Source: Candidatus Heimdallarchaeota archaeon (GTDB lineage Archaea > Asgardarchaeota > Heimdallarchaeia > Hodarchaeales > Hodarchaeaceae). Taken from it: a stretch of 64,000 nt of DNA. This document shows, piece after piece, positions 41,200-50,480 of this stretch. Positions within the stretch are counted from its first letter, which is position 1; each line of letters begins with the position of its first letter. Below the pieces are notes generated by a model. The model made no database searches. It was not told where the DNA came from and saw nothing but the letters and a program-made list of their open reading frames with translations. The stretch covers positions 1,797,435 through 1,861,434 of the forward strand of contig CP070695.1 in the NCBI GenBank assembly GCA_020353515.1, given 5' to 3'. Made by a program: the position numbers and the translations under genes.

Positions 41200-41985
41200 T
41201 TGAAAATGACCAGAAGTGAAATTTCAGTATGTCTAACATTCGATTTTGATGCTGATAGTGCTCAAATCCGACAACTTGAAGAACCAGGGAGAATTTCAAA
41301 AGGGTTATTTGCAGTCCGTAGAGGCTTACCAAGAATTCTTTCTCTACTCAATAAACACGATATCAAAGCAACATTTTTTGTTTGTGGTTGGGTAGCCGAG
41401 AAATACCCTGAATTAACGAAAGAAATTGTTGAAAAACAACACGAGATCGCAGCTCACGGATACCTCCATGAATATTTTGATACTCTCTCAATCTATGACG
41501 AGAAAACCATTATTGATAACACAACAAAAATTCTAAAAGAATTCACAGACAAAATATATGGATTTCGAGCGCCTTACTTCAAACTCTCATCAAATACCTT
41601 GCAATTACACGCAGAAGCAGGATATATCTATGATTCTAGTTTAATGGCAGATGATCACCCTTATCTTCTGAGCTTTCCTGAATTGAAATATAAAATGATT
41701 GAGTTCCCAGTAGAGTGGTTTCTAGATGATTGGGTCATCTTTGAAACCCATCAACACTCCCCCGAAGTTGCCTTTAATATCTGGAAGAAACAATTTGACG
41801 CTATTCTCGAGATGGAAGATATTGCACCTGGTTACCGAATAATGAACTATACTTTTCATCCAGCCTGTATAGGTCATGCGTATCGAATTAACGTGTTAGA
41901 TCGCTTGATCTCTTATATGAAGACAAAAAATACGAAATTTGTCAGAATGATGGATGTAGCAAAAGAATTATTAACAAATAAATGA
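41200..41985 (+). CDS. Polysaccharide deacetylase (CE4, PuuE/HpPgdA-like)
   Basis: LTFDFD, ATFF, HEIAAHGYLHE, GFRAP, YDSS. Confidence 0.88.
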   Translation: MKMTRSEISVCLTFDFDADSAQIRQLEEPGRISKGLFAVRRGLPRILSLLNKHDIKATFFVCGWVAEKYPELTKEIVEKQHEIAAHGYLHEYFDTLSIYDEKTIIDNTTKILKEFTDKIYGFRAPYFKLSSNTLQLHAEAGYIYDSSLMADDHPYLLSFPELKYKMIEFPVEWFLDDWVIFETHQHSPEVAFNIWKKQFDAILEMEDIAPGYRIMNYTFHPACIGHAYRINVLDRLISYMKTKNTKFVRMMDVAKELLTNK

Positions 41986-42014
41986 GATCGAGAAAATAAT
42001 AAAGGTGATAAAGC

Positions 42015-42476
42015 ATGAAACAAGTACACAGACTCTTAACATCTGCAGCTGAACGTCATTTTGAAGAAACCCAATTACTAATAGAACAATTAGATGATCA
42101 AAGTATTATCAGTGAACCTGTTCAAACAGGACGGCCACTCGGAGAAATAGTGCTTCATATGATCCGCTCACTCGAATTCTATTCACGAGGTCTAGCTACT
42201 GATCATTGGGAGCCATTAACCTATAATTTATCTGATTATGAATCAGCCCAAGAAATAAATAATCTATACAATGACGTAGTCAAGAAAGTTCTGACTTATC
42301 TCAAAGAAATAGCTCCTGATGACTTAAATGTTATCATAAAAAACTTCAATCGATCGGCCACTAAAGAAGAAATTCTCTTGGAGATGTTAGAACATAGTAT
42401 CCAACATAGAGGGCAACTACTTGTATATCTTCGCTTGGTGAATGTAGAACCTGCGAAAATACCTTACATTGTGTAA
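42015..42476 (+). CDS. DinB family protein
   Basis: GEIVLHM and EHSIQHRGQL His triad. Confidence 0.85.
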   Translation: MKQVHRLLTSAAERHFEETQLLIEQLDDQSIISEPVQTGRPLGEIVLHMIRSLEFYSRGLATDHWEPLTYNLSDYESAQEINNLYNDVVKKVLTYLKEIAPDDLNVIIKNFNRSATKEEILLEMLEHSIQHRGQLLVYLRLVNVEPAKIPYIV

Positions 42477-42529
42477 ATGATTCTCCAAGCCAAATATGCT
42501 AGCTCACAAAGGAAATGAGTCGAAAGTAG

Positions 42530-44617
42530 TTGGAATCAACAACACAATCATTGGAAAACAAATTTCAACTAATTATTAACTCTATTCCAATCAATTTCAA
42601 TAAAAAATTAACTTCTATCGAACAGAAACAATTATCTTGGTTTTCAGAAGCAACTGATATCCCCTTAGACTCATTAGATACCTTCAGACAGCTTACTGCC
42701 TTACTTATTCTCAATCGACTCAGATTCATTGCTTTATATGGTGAGGGACTCTTAGATAGTAAAACAATTTATGCTTCATATCAAACAACATCAGATCTAC
42801 TTAAACAAACTTATCCTCGGATATTTATTCCTTCTATTCTCGATTCTATTGCAAATTTAAGTTCTTTGATTATTTCTTCATCATTACTTAAGTTTGATAA
42901 AACATTTCTTAACCAATCAACAAAAATAGTATCTTCTTTATATCTAGAAGTGGTAAATCAAAAATTTCGACGAAAAATGGGACAATTCTGGACCCCCGAG
43001 TATATTGCGGAGCTTATGATAGAATTAGCTTTACAAAATGATCCAAGAAATATTCTAGATCCCTGTACTGGACCAGGAACTTTTATTCATACTCTTAAAC
43101 GGGTTTCACCAGATTATTATGGTAAAATTTCAGCAATTGAACTTCATCCCCTCTTGTACGAAATTGCTAGCGTAAATTTGCACACATCTTCTTATCAAAT
43201 GGAATTGAAATGTGGAGATTTTCTTACATCCCATTCAAATAGCTTTGCCCTAAGTATCCATGATATCCTAGCCTTAACCTCTCCAGGAGGTTTGGATTCA
43301 TACATAGAGCTGAAATCTAATGGTTTTGACTCAATAGTGTGTAATCCACCCTATTCACGTCATCATGTTTTATCATCCAAAATAAAAGCTGAAGTCGGAG
43401 GGGAGATTGAAAGTGCTTTTGGAGCTAGAAAATTCAGTAGAATATCCAGTTTATTCATGTATTTCATTCTTAAATCGCTGAAATTATTGATTAGAGATGG
43501 ACGAATGGTTTTTGTAACTCCAACGATAAGTTTTGAATCAAGAAATAGCATTTATCTTAAAAAAATATTGAAAGATTGGTATAGAGTTCCGTATATTATT
43601 GTTTTTCACCATTCGATGAATATTTTCTCTGGTGTTGATACAGCTGCTTGTATCTTCGTAGTCGAAGGAAAGAGACCAAAATCAACAGATGTTACTAAGC
43701 TCTTAATAGTGAAAAAGTGGACTTCCAAAGAAAAAATCCTTAATTATCTCAAAATTGAAAGTAATGAAGCTTTTAGATGGACAGAGGGAGGTTTATACAA
43801 TAAAAGGCAAATCGATCTTGACCCAGAACGTAATTGGACACGTTCAGAAGCCTTCTTGGAAAAAATGGAACACGAAAAATTAACAGAAATCTCTACTTTT
43901 TTCAAAGTTATGAGAGGAATTGCTACGGGAAGGAATAGTTTCTTTACTTTTAATGAGGACGAATTATCAGATCATCAGATTGACTCTAAATTCGTAGTCC
44001 CTACCTTAACTAAAACGCGATATGTCCAAAAATACCTCTTCTCAAAAGAGGATTTTATTTCTCTGAAAGAAGAAAAACGAAAAAGTTGGCTACTCTATAT
44101 TCAGCAAGAGTTAAACATGATTAAAGACCAGAACTTACTAAATTATCTTGAATTAGGACTAAATCAAAATGTACATAGTGGAAGTTTAGTAAAAACCCGA
44201 AAATTTTGGTATCAAACTGAAAAGAGAGAGATTCCTTATTTTATTTACACATACCTAAGTCGTGGTAATCCGAGGTTCATCTTAAATGAAGCAGAAGTTC
44301 GACCCTTGAACACATTCCTGATGATTTATCCAAAAAGAGAGAAAAATCTTTCAAAGGAAATTCTAACCCTTTTCTGGGTGATCTTTAATTCAAATAGTAC
44401 ATTTGACTCTTTACGTAATGTGGGAAGGTGTTATGGTGGTGATACATTGAAACTAGAACCTACTGAATTGATGAAGGCATGGATTTTGAATCCTTTTACA
44501 ATAACCACCAAATCGAAGAAAAAATTACTCAAATTAGCACGCAAATTAAGATCGATCAATACAAAGGATGAGGAAGTTAGAAGAAAAATTGACGCAATAA
44601 TTGAAGAAGAACTGTAA
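42530..44617 (+). CDS. N6-adenine DNA methyltransferase (gamma class, Eco57I/TaqI-like), no adjacent endonuclease
   Basis: GQFWTP, ILDPCTGPG (motif I), CNPPY (motif IV), RGIATG TRD start, YGGDTLKLEP. Confidence 0.9.
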   Translation: MESTTQSLENKFQLIINSIPINFNKKLTSIEQKQLSWFSEATDIPLDSLDTFRQLTALLILNRLRFIALYGEGLLDSKTIYASYQTTSDLLKQTYPRIFIPSILDSIANLSSLIISSSLLKFDKTFLNQSTKIVSSLYLEVVNQKFRRKMGQFWTPEYIAELMIELALQNDPRNILDPCTGPGTFIHTLKRVSPDYYGKISAIELHPLLYEIASVNLHTSSYQMELKCGDFLTSHSNSFALSIHDILALTSPGGLDSYIELKSNGFDSIVCNPPYSRHHVLSSKIKAEVGGEIESAFGARKFSRISSLFMYFILKSLKLLIRDGRMVFVTPTISFESRNSIYLKKILKDWYRVPYIIVFHHSMNIFSGVDTAACIFVVEGKRPKSTDVTKLLIVKKWTSKEKILNYLKIESNEAFRWTEGGLYNKRQIDLDPERNWTRSEAFLEKMEHEKLTEISTFFKVMRGIATGRNSFFTFNEDELSDHQIDSKFVVPTLTKTRYVQKYLFSKEDFISLKEEKRKSWLLYIQQELNMIKDQNLLNYLELGLNQNVHSGSLVKTRKFWYQTEKREIPYFIYTYLSRGNPRFILNEAEVRPLNTFLMIYPKREKNLSKEILTLFWVIFNSNSTFDSLRNVGRCYGGDTLKLEPTELMKAWILNPFTITTKSKKKLLKLARKLRSINTKDEEVRRKIDAIIEEEL

Positions 44618-44638
44618 CCTTATTTGGTAGGGAAATTA

Positions 44639-45490
44639 TCATCCTTGGTAAACTAAAGTGAAACTTACGATCGCAAATAATCCTAAACCTTCTTGACCCC
44701 AAAGAAAAGCGGACACCCCATAGAGATCATCTACAACAGCACTGGCTGTGGGGAAAATTGTGCAATTTCTAATGGCGGGGTTAAATCCTTCTAACGAAAA
44801 TGATACTGTGGTCCGGTTAACACCATCGATCATAAAGGTAATACTTTCAGGAGAATCAGTATACAGCTCAAGTTCTAGCTCTTGGTCTGCACTTCCATTA
44901 TTTGTTAATGTGAAATTAATGTCTAGTCCAGCAGCTCCTAAATTCAATGTGGAGACTTGATAGTCTAAGAATATTGGGCCAATTGTATTTCCTACCGATA
45001 ACAAATCGGAGCTAAATGTTTGGGCGGATCGTTCATTTGTACTATCTTTAGGAAATACTTTAACATGGATAAAAATAGTATCTTCACCAGGTAATAATTG
45101 ATCGCCTATTACTGGATCACAAATCAAGCTAATTGTTGTTATTTCTCTAGATGATAAGTAAATAGCTTGGTCAGGATCCATCGTCCATCCCTCGATTGGG
45201 GTCTCATCAAGTAACTCCATTGTGAACGCATCAGATTCTATACGAACATTACTTCGCTCTGCGTTATGAATAGTAACAGAAAATTGATCGACTAAAACAT
45301 TTGAATCAGTAGTTTCAAAGTCAGAAATGCCAAGAATTTCCACTTTCATCGGTGCAGGAGTATTAATTGTACCAAACATTACCACTGCGACAGCAATCCC
45401 TGCTATCACTACCAGGCCAATCAAAAGTATTGTAGCGATGACTGGGGTCACTCCACGGGATTTTCTTTGTAACAACTGCCTCATATTCAA
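44639..45490 (-). CDS. Archaeal type IV pilin/archaellin-like protein
   Basis: Class III signal peptide RKSRG|VTPVIATILLIGLVVIAG. Confidence 0.88.
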   Translation of the reverse strand: MNMRQLLQRKSRGVTPVIATILLIGLVVIAGIAVAVVMFGTINTPAPMKVEILGISDFETTDSNVLVDQFSVTIHNAERSNVRIESDAFTMELLDETPIEGWTMDPDQAIYLSSREITTISLICDPVIGDQLLPGEDTIFIHVKVFPKDSTNERSAQTFSSDLLSVGNTIGPIFLDYQVSTLNLGAAGLDINFTLTNNGSADQELELELYTDSPESITFMIDGVNRTTVSFSLEGFNPAIRNCTIFPTASAVVDDLYGVSAFLWGQEGLGLFAIVSFTLVYQG

Positions 45491-45725
45491 TATAATACGC
45501 CTCTATAAAGTATCTGTTTGTATTTATATTGTAATTAGTTACATAACAGTACGGATAATTTATATCAAGTTAAAGAGACATTTTAGCACTCATAAGGGGG
45601 GATGCCTAGAACCTTATTCAGTATATTTTTGATAGCCATGATAGCTTTTGTAGCTTTCTAAAAGGTGTCGATTACAACGTTGTATCTAAATTATTTTTTT
45701 AAGGACGAGAGAAAAATTAGCACTA

Positions 45726-48488
45726 ATGAATGAAACACTAGCAATATCAGATGAAGTGGCTAAAAAACTAGCTCAAGCTGCTCTTGATATTCGTAATAAA
45801 ATCACCACTTTTTTCTCACTGGATGAAGAGAAGGATGACCTTACTCAAGTGTATCAAGATATTAAAGACATTTTAATTAACGATCTCACATTGGAAACAT
45901 TTGCGGACATGTATGCTCAAACGGTAACTTATGGATTATTTACTTTAAAAGCGTATCAATTAGAAGAATTCAGTTTGGAACAGATTTTAGGAACTACTAA
46001 TTCTTTTCTACAAAATTATCTAATTAAAGTTTTTCAGTTAAATGAAGACCAACAGTTACAGACGAATTTAAATAGAGAACTTGGAATCAATACACTAGTT
46101 CAAATACTTGAACAGATTGAAATAGAACCTGTAATTCATGACCTTAGAGAAAATAGGAGATTAAAAGACCCGATAATCTACTTCTATGAGAAATTCTTAC
46201 ATTATTACGATTCAAGCCAAAAGATAGATCGTGGTGTATTTTATACTCCAGATGCTGTTGTTTCATTTATTATCCGTTCAGTACATCTAATTTTGCAACT
46301 ATTTTTTGATTGTGAAAAGGGATTGGCAGATAATTCTTATGTAATATTTGAGGGAAAAAATACTCCAAAAGTTCAGATTCTAGACCCAGCAACTGGAACT
46401 GGTACGTTTCTTAACCACATCATTGATCTAATATATACAACATACAAGGAAAAGGAAAAATGTGATAGAAGAAAATTTACCAAGCAATGGAATTCCTATG
46501 TAGAAAATACCCTCCTATCAAGATTATTCGGGTACGAATTATTGATGATACCCTATATTATCGCCAACCTTAAGCTTGGATTAAAACTAAAAGAAAAAGG
46601 ATATAATTTTCAACATCAACGATTAGGAGTCTATTTAACCAATACACTAGAAGGACCCAACAGAATCAATGACACTTTAAGAAAAGTTTCTCCTGCTACT
46701 GGTTTATTATCAATTGAAAATAAAAGCGCTAATAAAATTAAAATGAATAATCCAATATCAGTAGTAATAGGTAATCCTCCGTATTCAGGACATTCCTCCA
46801 ACAAGTCTATGTGGATTGATGAGCTTTTACGAGGAAAAAATAAGGATAACACCCGTAAAGTCAATTATTTCAAGGTTGATGATCAACTTTTGGGAGAGAA
46901 GAACCCGAAATGGCTTAATGATGACTATGTGAAGTTCATTCGATTTGGTCAGTGGAGAATTGAAAAAACTGGATACGGCGTCTTGGCATTTGTAGTAAAT
47001 CATAGCTTTCTTGATAATCCAACATTCAGAGGGATGAGACGAGAACTGATGAAAACATTTACTGACATTTACATTCTTGACCTTCACGGAAATATGAGAA
47101 GGAAAGAGGTTAATCCTGATGGATCTAAAGATGAAAATGTCTTCGACATCCAACAAGGAGTATGTGTCTCGTTTTTTATAAAAAATCCAAATAAAAAAGG
47201 ACAAACAGAGATATTTAGAGCTGATTTATGGGGATTACGAGAAGCTAAGTATAGATTTCTAGAAGCTAATGACTTTTCTACTATTGATTGGAAAACAGTC
47301 AATCCACATAGTCCTTGGTATATGTTCTATCAACTAAACACTAGACGATGGAAGGAGTATCAATATTGGTGGTCCATACCAGATATATTTTCCCAATTTT
47401 CTGTTGGTATAATGACTGGCCAAGATGCTTTTACAATTCAAGACGATCCTTTAAAAGTTCAAAAAGTCGTCGAAGACATCATTTCATTACCTGAAGCTGA
47501 AGTAAGGATGAAATTTAGTTTGAGGAGTGATAAACGACAGTGGACTTACCAAAAAGCTAAATTTGATCTTGAAAGATGTGGATTAAACCAGAAAATACCA
47601 AAAGTAGAATTAAAGAATAGAATTCAAAAGAATATCGTTGATATTCTTTATCGGCCTTTTGTTAGACGTTATACTTTTTACACAGGAATATCAAGAGGTT
47701 TTCATGAGAGACCTAGAGGGAAAGTGATGAAACATATGATTGCAGGGGAGAATTTAGGTATAATCGTATCAAGGAATTCTAGACCTGCTTCTTGGAGAGA
47801 TGTTTTGATAACTAAAGATATAATAGAATTAGGTGTCATGGCAACAAGACCAGGAAATAATGCGCCGCTTTTTCCACTATTTTTATATAGAGAAACAAAG
47901 AATGGTTATGAAAGAGAAGGGAATTTCTCAACTGAATTCCAAAGATTTATTAAAGAGGAATATGAAGAAAAATATAAACCGTTAGCAGAAGATATTATAT
48001 ATTACATTTATGCGATACTCCATTCGAAACAATATAGAGAAAAATATGAAGATTTTCTGAAAATTGATTTTCCAAGGATTCCCTTCACAAGGAAACCAGA
48101 TTTATTTGTCGAACTGAAACGAATAGGTAGGGACTTATCCAATTTGCATTTAATGAGAACAGAGGGAAAAAATGAACATAGAATCAGATTGAGAGGATCT
48201 GAAGGTCTACTGAAAGTCAAAAGATTACGTTATGACACAGATCACAAATTATATGTCAATGATGACCAATATTTTGAAGGTATACATCCAGAAGTTTATA
48301 ATTTCTATATAGGAGGGTACAAAGTATGTCGAAAGTGGTTAAGAACTCGTAAGGGGAAAATATTATCAAAAAAAGATATTCAACAATTTTCGAAGATAGT
48401 TGGGATACTTCAAGAAACAATTAATTTAATGGAGAAAATAGACCAAACGATTGAAAAGTATCATGGTTGGCCTTTGGCCTTTACTTAA
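45726..48488 (+). CDS. Type IIG/ISP-like adenine methyltransferase with C-terminal target-recognition domain; N-terminal nuclease not seen
   Basis: FADMYAQTVTYGLF, DPIIYFYEKFL, GVFYTP, LDPATGTG, GNPPY, DDYVKFIR, YRPF, DFPRIP, IGGYKVCRKWL. Confidence 0.88.
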   Translation: MNETLAISDEVAKKLAQAALDIRNKITTFFSLDEEKDDLTQVYQDIKDILINDLTLETFADMYAQTVTYGLFTLKAYQLEEFSLEQILGTTNSFLQNYLIKVFQLNEDQQLQTNLNRELGINTLVQILEQIEIEPVIHDLRENRRLKDPIIYFYEKFLHYYDSSQKIDRGVFYTPDAVVSFIIRSVHLILQLFFDCEKGLADNSYVIFEGKNTPKVQILDPATGTGTFLNHIIDLIYTTYKEKEKCDRRKFTKQWNSYVENTLLSRLFGYELLMIPYIIANLKLGLKLKEKGYNFQHQRLGVYLTNTLEGPNRINDTLRKVSPATGLLSIENKSANKIKMNNPISVVIGNPPYSGHSSNKSMWIDELLRGKNKDNTRKVNYFKVDDQLLGEKNPKWLNDDYVKFIRFGQWRIEKTGYGVLAFVVNHSFLDNPTFRGMRRELMKTFTDIYILDLHGNMRRKEVNPDGSKDENVFDIQQGVCVSFFIKNPNKKGQTEIFRADLWGLREAKYRFLEANDFSTIDWKTVNPHSPWYMFYQLNTRRWKEYQYWWSIPDIFSQFSVGIMTGQDAFTIQDDPLKVQKVVEDIISLPEAEVRMKFSLRSDKRQWTYQKAKFDLERCGLNQKIPKVELKNRIQKNIVDILYRPFVRRYTFYTGISRGFHERPRGKVMKHMIAGENLGIIVSRNSRPASWRDVLITKDIIELGVMATRPGNNAPLFPLFLYRETKNGYEREGNFSTEFQRFIKEEYEEKYKPLAEDIIYYIYAILHSKQYREKYEDFLKIDFPRIPFTRKPDLFVELKRIGRDLSNLHLMRTEGKNEHRIRLRGSEGLLKVKRLRYDTDHKLYVNDDQYFEGIHPEVYNFYIGGYKVCRKWLRTRKGKILSKKDIQQFSKIVGILQETINLMEKIDQTIEKYHGWPLAFT

Positions 48489-48491
48489 TAA

Positions 48492-49115
48492 CTATTCTCT
48501 TCTTAACCGAGGAAAAAAGCGTCCCACTCTTTTTTTATAGTCATTATATTCTTCTCCAAAATGGTCAACTAAAATACCTTCCTCATATTTTGATAGATCA
48601 TAATAACCATATATTCCAATAAGGAGAGGTAAAATTAGAACATTTTGAAGAATCATTGCAAAACCTAAGAAATAATAGCAATAGGAAGCATAGAGAGGAT
48701 GTCTAATATATTTATACATCCCTTCTTTCTCAAGTTTCTTTGGCACTCCCCATGAGAAAGCTCGTTTCCCCCGAGAAATCCTTCCCCAAGATGCAACAAA
48801 TGTACCAAATAGAACTATTACTAGTCCCAAAGATTGGATCAGAGTATTTAGGATATCAAAAGGAGATAGAGGTTGATAAAGGAATATTTGACGATTTAAA
48901 AGAGCAGTTATAGGAACTACAAAATACAACACCCACAAATACCCTGTAGTTAAAAAAGTTATAATCATTGTGAAATTTGTTTCAATCTGATGAGAACGTT
49001 CTTTTCCACTTTCAGAATTCCTTAGGTACGTTACTATATCCAAAGGAAGAGTAACAACTAGATAGATAGTTAAATTGATTGCAAAGAAGATACCAATTAC
49101 TTGATAATCAAACAT
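48492..49115 (-). CDS. ICMT/PEMT family membrane methyltransferase
   Basis: GMYKYIRHPLY, EE-x-x-L, FGEEYNDYKKRVGRFFP. Confidence 0.85.
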   Translation of the reverse strand: MFDYQVIGIFFAINLTIYLVVTLPLDIVTYLRNSESGKERSHQIETNFTMIITFLTTGYLWVLYFVVPITALLNRQIFLYQPLSPFDILNTLIQSLGLVIVLFGTFVASWGRISRGKRAFSWGVPKKLEKEGMYKYIRHPLYASYCYYFLGFAMILQNVLILPLLIGIYGYYDLSKYEEGILVDHFGEEYNDYKKRVGRFFPRLRRE

Positions 49116-49175
49116 AAATTTCCCAAATTCCTTTTCAACTTAATTACTTGTTATCGAAATTACTTCACTACTTTT

Positions 49176-50480
49176 TCATACCCGAATTTTTCCTGATAAT
49201 AGCTTAGGGAGGAGATTATCTCTCAAATCAGATAATTTTTCATTTTCATGTAAATTATTGATCATGTATTGAAAGAATGGATCAAAGATAAGACCAAATT
49301 TTTTAATAATATCTTCAGGAGGAAGAGGAATTTCTATAGATTCAATATCTGAGCCACTAATATTGGGTTGGGCAGTGCCCTTAGCCATTCTCTTTAAAAT
49401 TCGTTGATACTTCTTACTAGACAATAGAAAGAAGATAAAATATATTCCATTTTCTATTCTTTCTTTAAACATACCAACCCGTTGATTTAACCAGAGGTTC
49501 CTATTAGTTTTTGGAACAATACCCATTTTTCCTGCATTGGCTCCCGTCAATGCTATAAGAATAGCTCCAGAAGTAATTGATAACTTACTGTCAAGCTTTG
49601 TCACTATTTCTCTTGAAACATACTGAGTATCTCTAATATCAACAAAATTTTCTGAAATATTCTTTATTTTAATTACACCGATGGTTCCATGTTCTAAAAG
49701 GTCTTTACTCTTAAATGCATACCCAGCTTGTATTTCAACAATGTCACCTATGGAGCCAATTCGCCAACCTTGTGGGATTTCATGACCTAATTTGCTTGAA
49801 AATTTTACCGACCTCTCACTAAATTCGCGTAGGTTGTTATTTTCTTCTGGGGATTTAAATTCCTCAAACCAATGCTTAAATAGTGTATAACCTATTGATT
49901 TAATAGTTTTATTTATCATAAAATTAAGTTTAATTTTATCATCTAATATTGAAAGGACTTTTCCAATTCTTTTTTGTTCAGAAATTGGAGGATATGGAAT
50001 AAATGACTTTAGAATTACATCTGGTGTAAAAGCTGGGTAAGCTGATGTATGGGTCTCTGCTATTGCTGCTAAAAAATCTGTGTAGTATTTATTGGTCAAA
50101 TAGTAGTACAAGAATCTAGGATCAATGTTCTTAGCAGAAATCACTACGAAACCTGTAGAAGCGATTAGTTGTTCTGAACTGTCCGATATGAAAGTGTAAT
50201 GTTTCAAATTAGGCCTAACCGTAGAAATTAAAATATCATTATTTCTAACAACTCTCTTTGCTCTACTCGGGGCCTGAGAAGTAGAAATCCTTTTGACTTC
50301 AACGATTCTCCCCTCTTTAACAGAGGAAATATCGATATAGTCTATTTCTTTATGAATGAAAGTTTTATCAATATGTAATTCATTAATCTTAGCTACTTGG
50401 TTGATTCTTTTAATTTTCCAGTCAACAGGGATAGTACCTACTTCAGTTTCTTTGAATTGAGTTGTAGGTTCAGAGATCAA
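49176..50480 (-). CDS. hsdS: Type I R-M specificity subunit
   Basis: Two TRDs (IPVDW, IPQGW), PPISEQKRI, GTAQPNIS, LRDNLLPKLLSG; overlaps hsdM. Confidence 0.93.
   Translation of the reverse strand: MISEPTTQFKETEVGTIPVDWKIKRINQVAKINELHIDKTFIHKEIDYIDISSVKEGRIVEVKRISTSQAPSRAKRVVRNNDILISTVRPNLKHYTFISDSSEQLIASTGFVVISAKNIDPRFLYYYLTNKYYTDFLAAIAETHTSAYPAFTPDVILKSFIPYPPISEQKRIGKVLSILDDKIKLNFMINKTIKSIGYTLFKHWFEEFKSPEENNNLREFSERSVKFSSKLGHEIPQGWRIGSIGDIVEIQAGYAFKSKDLLEHGTIGVIKIKNISENFVDIRDTQYVSREIVTKLDSKLSITSGAILIALTGANAGKMGIVPKTNRNLWLNQRVGMFKERIENGIYFIFFLLSSKKYQRILKRMAKGTAQPNISGSDIESIEIPLPPEDIIKKFGLIFDPFFQYMINNLHENEKLSDLRDNLLPKLLSGKIRV

Noticed and set aside
15017-49115. Two ICMT-family genes as evidence of eukaryote-like prenylation
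   Set aside because: This family is widespread in prokaryotes, and no prenyltransferase or CaaX substrate is evident in the window.
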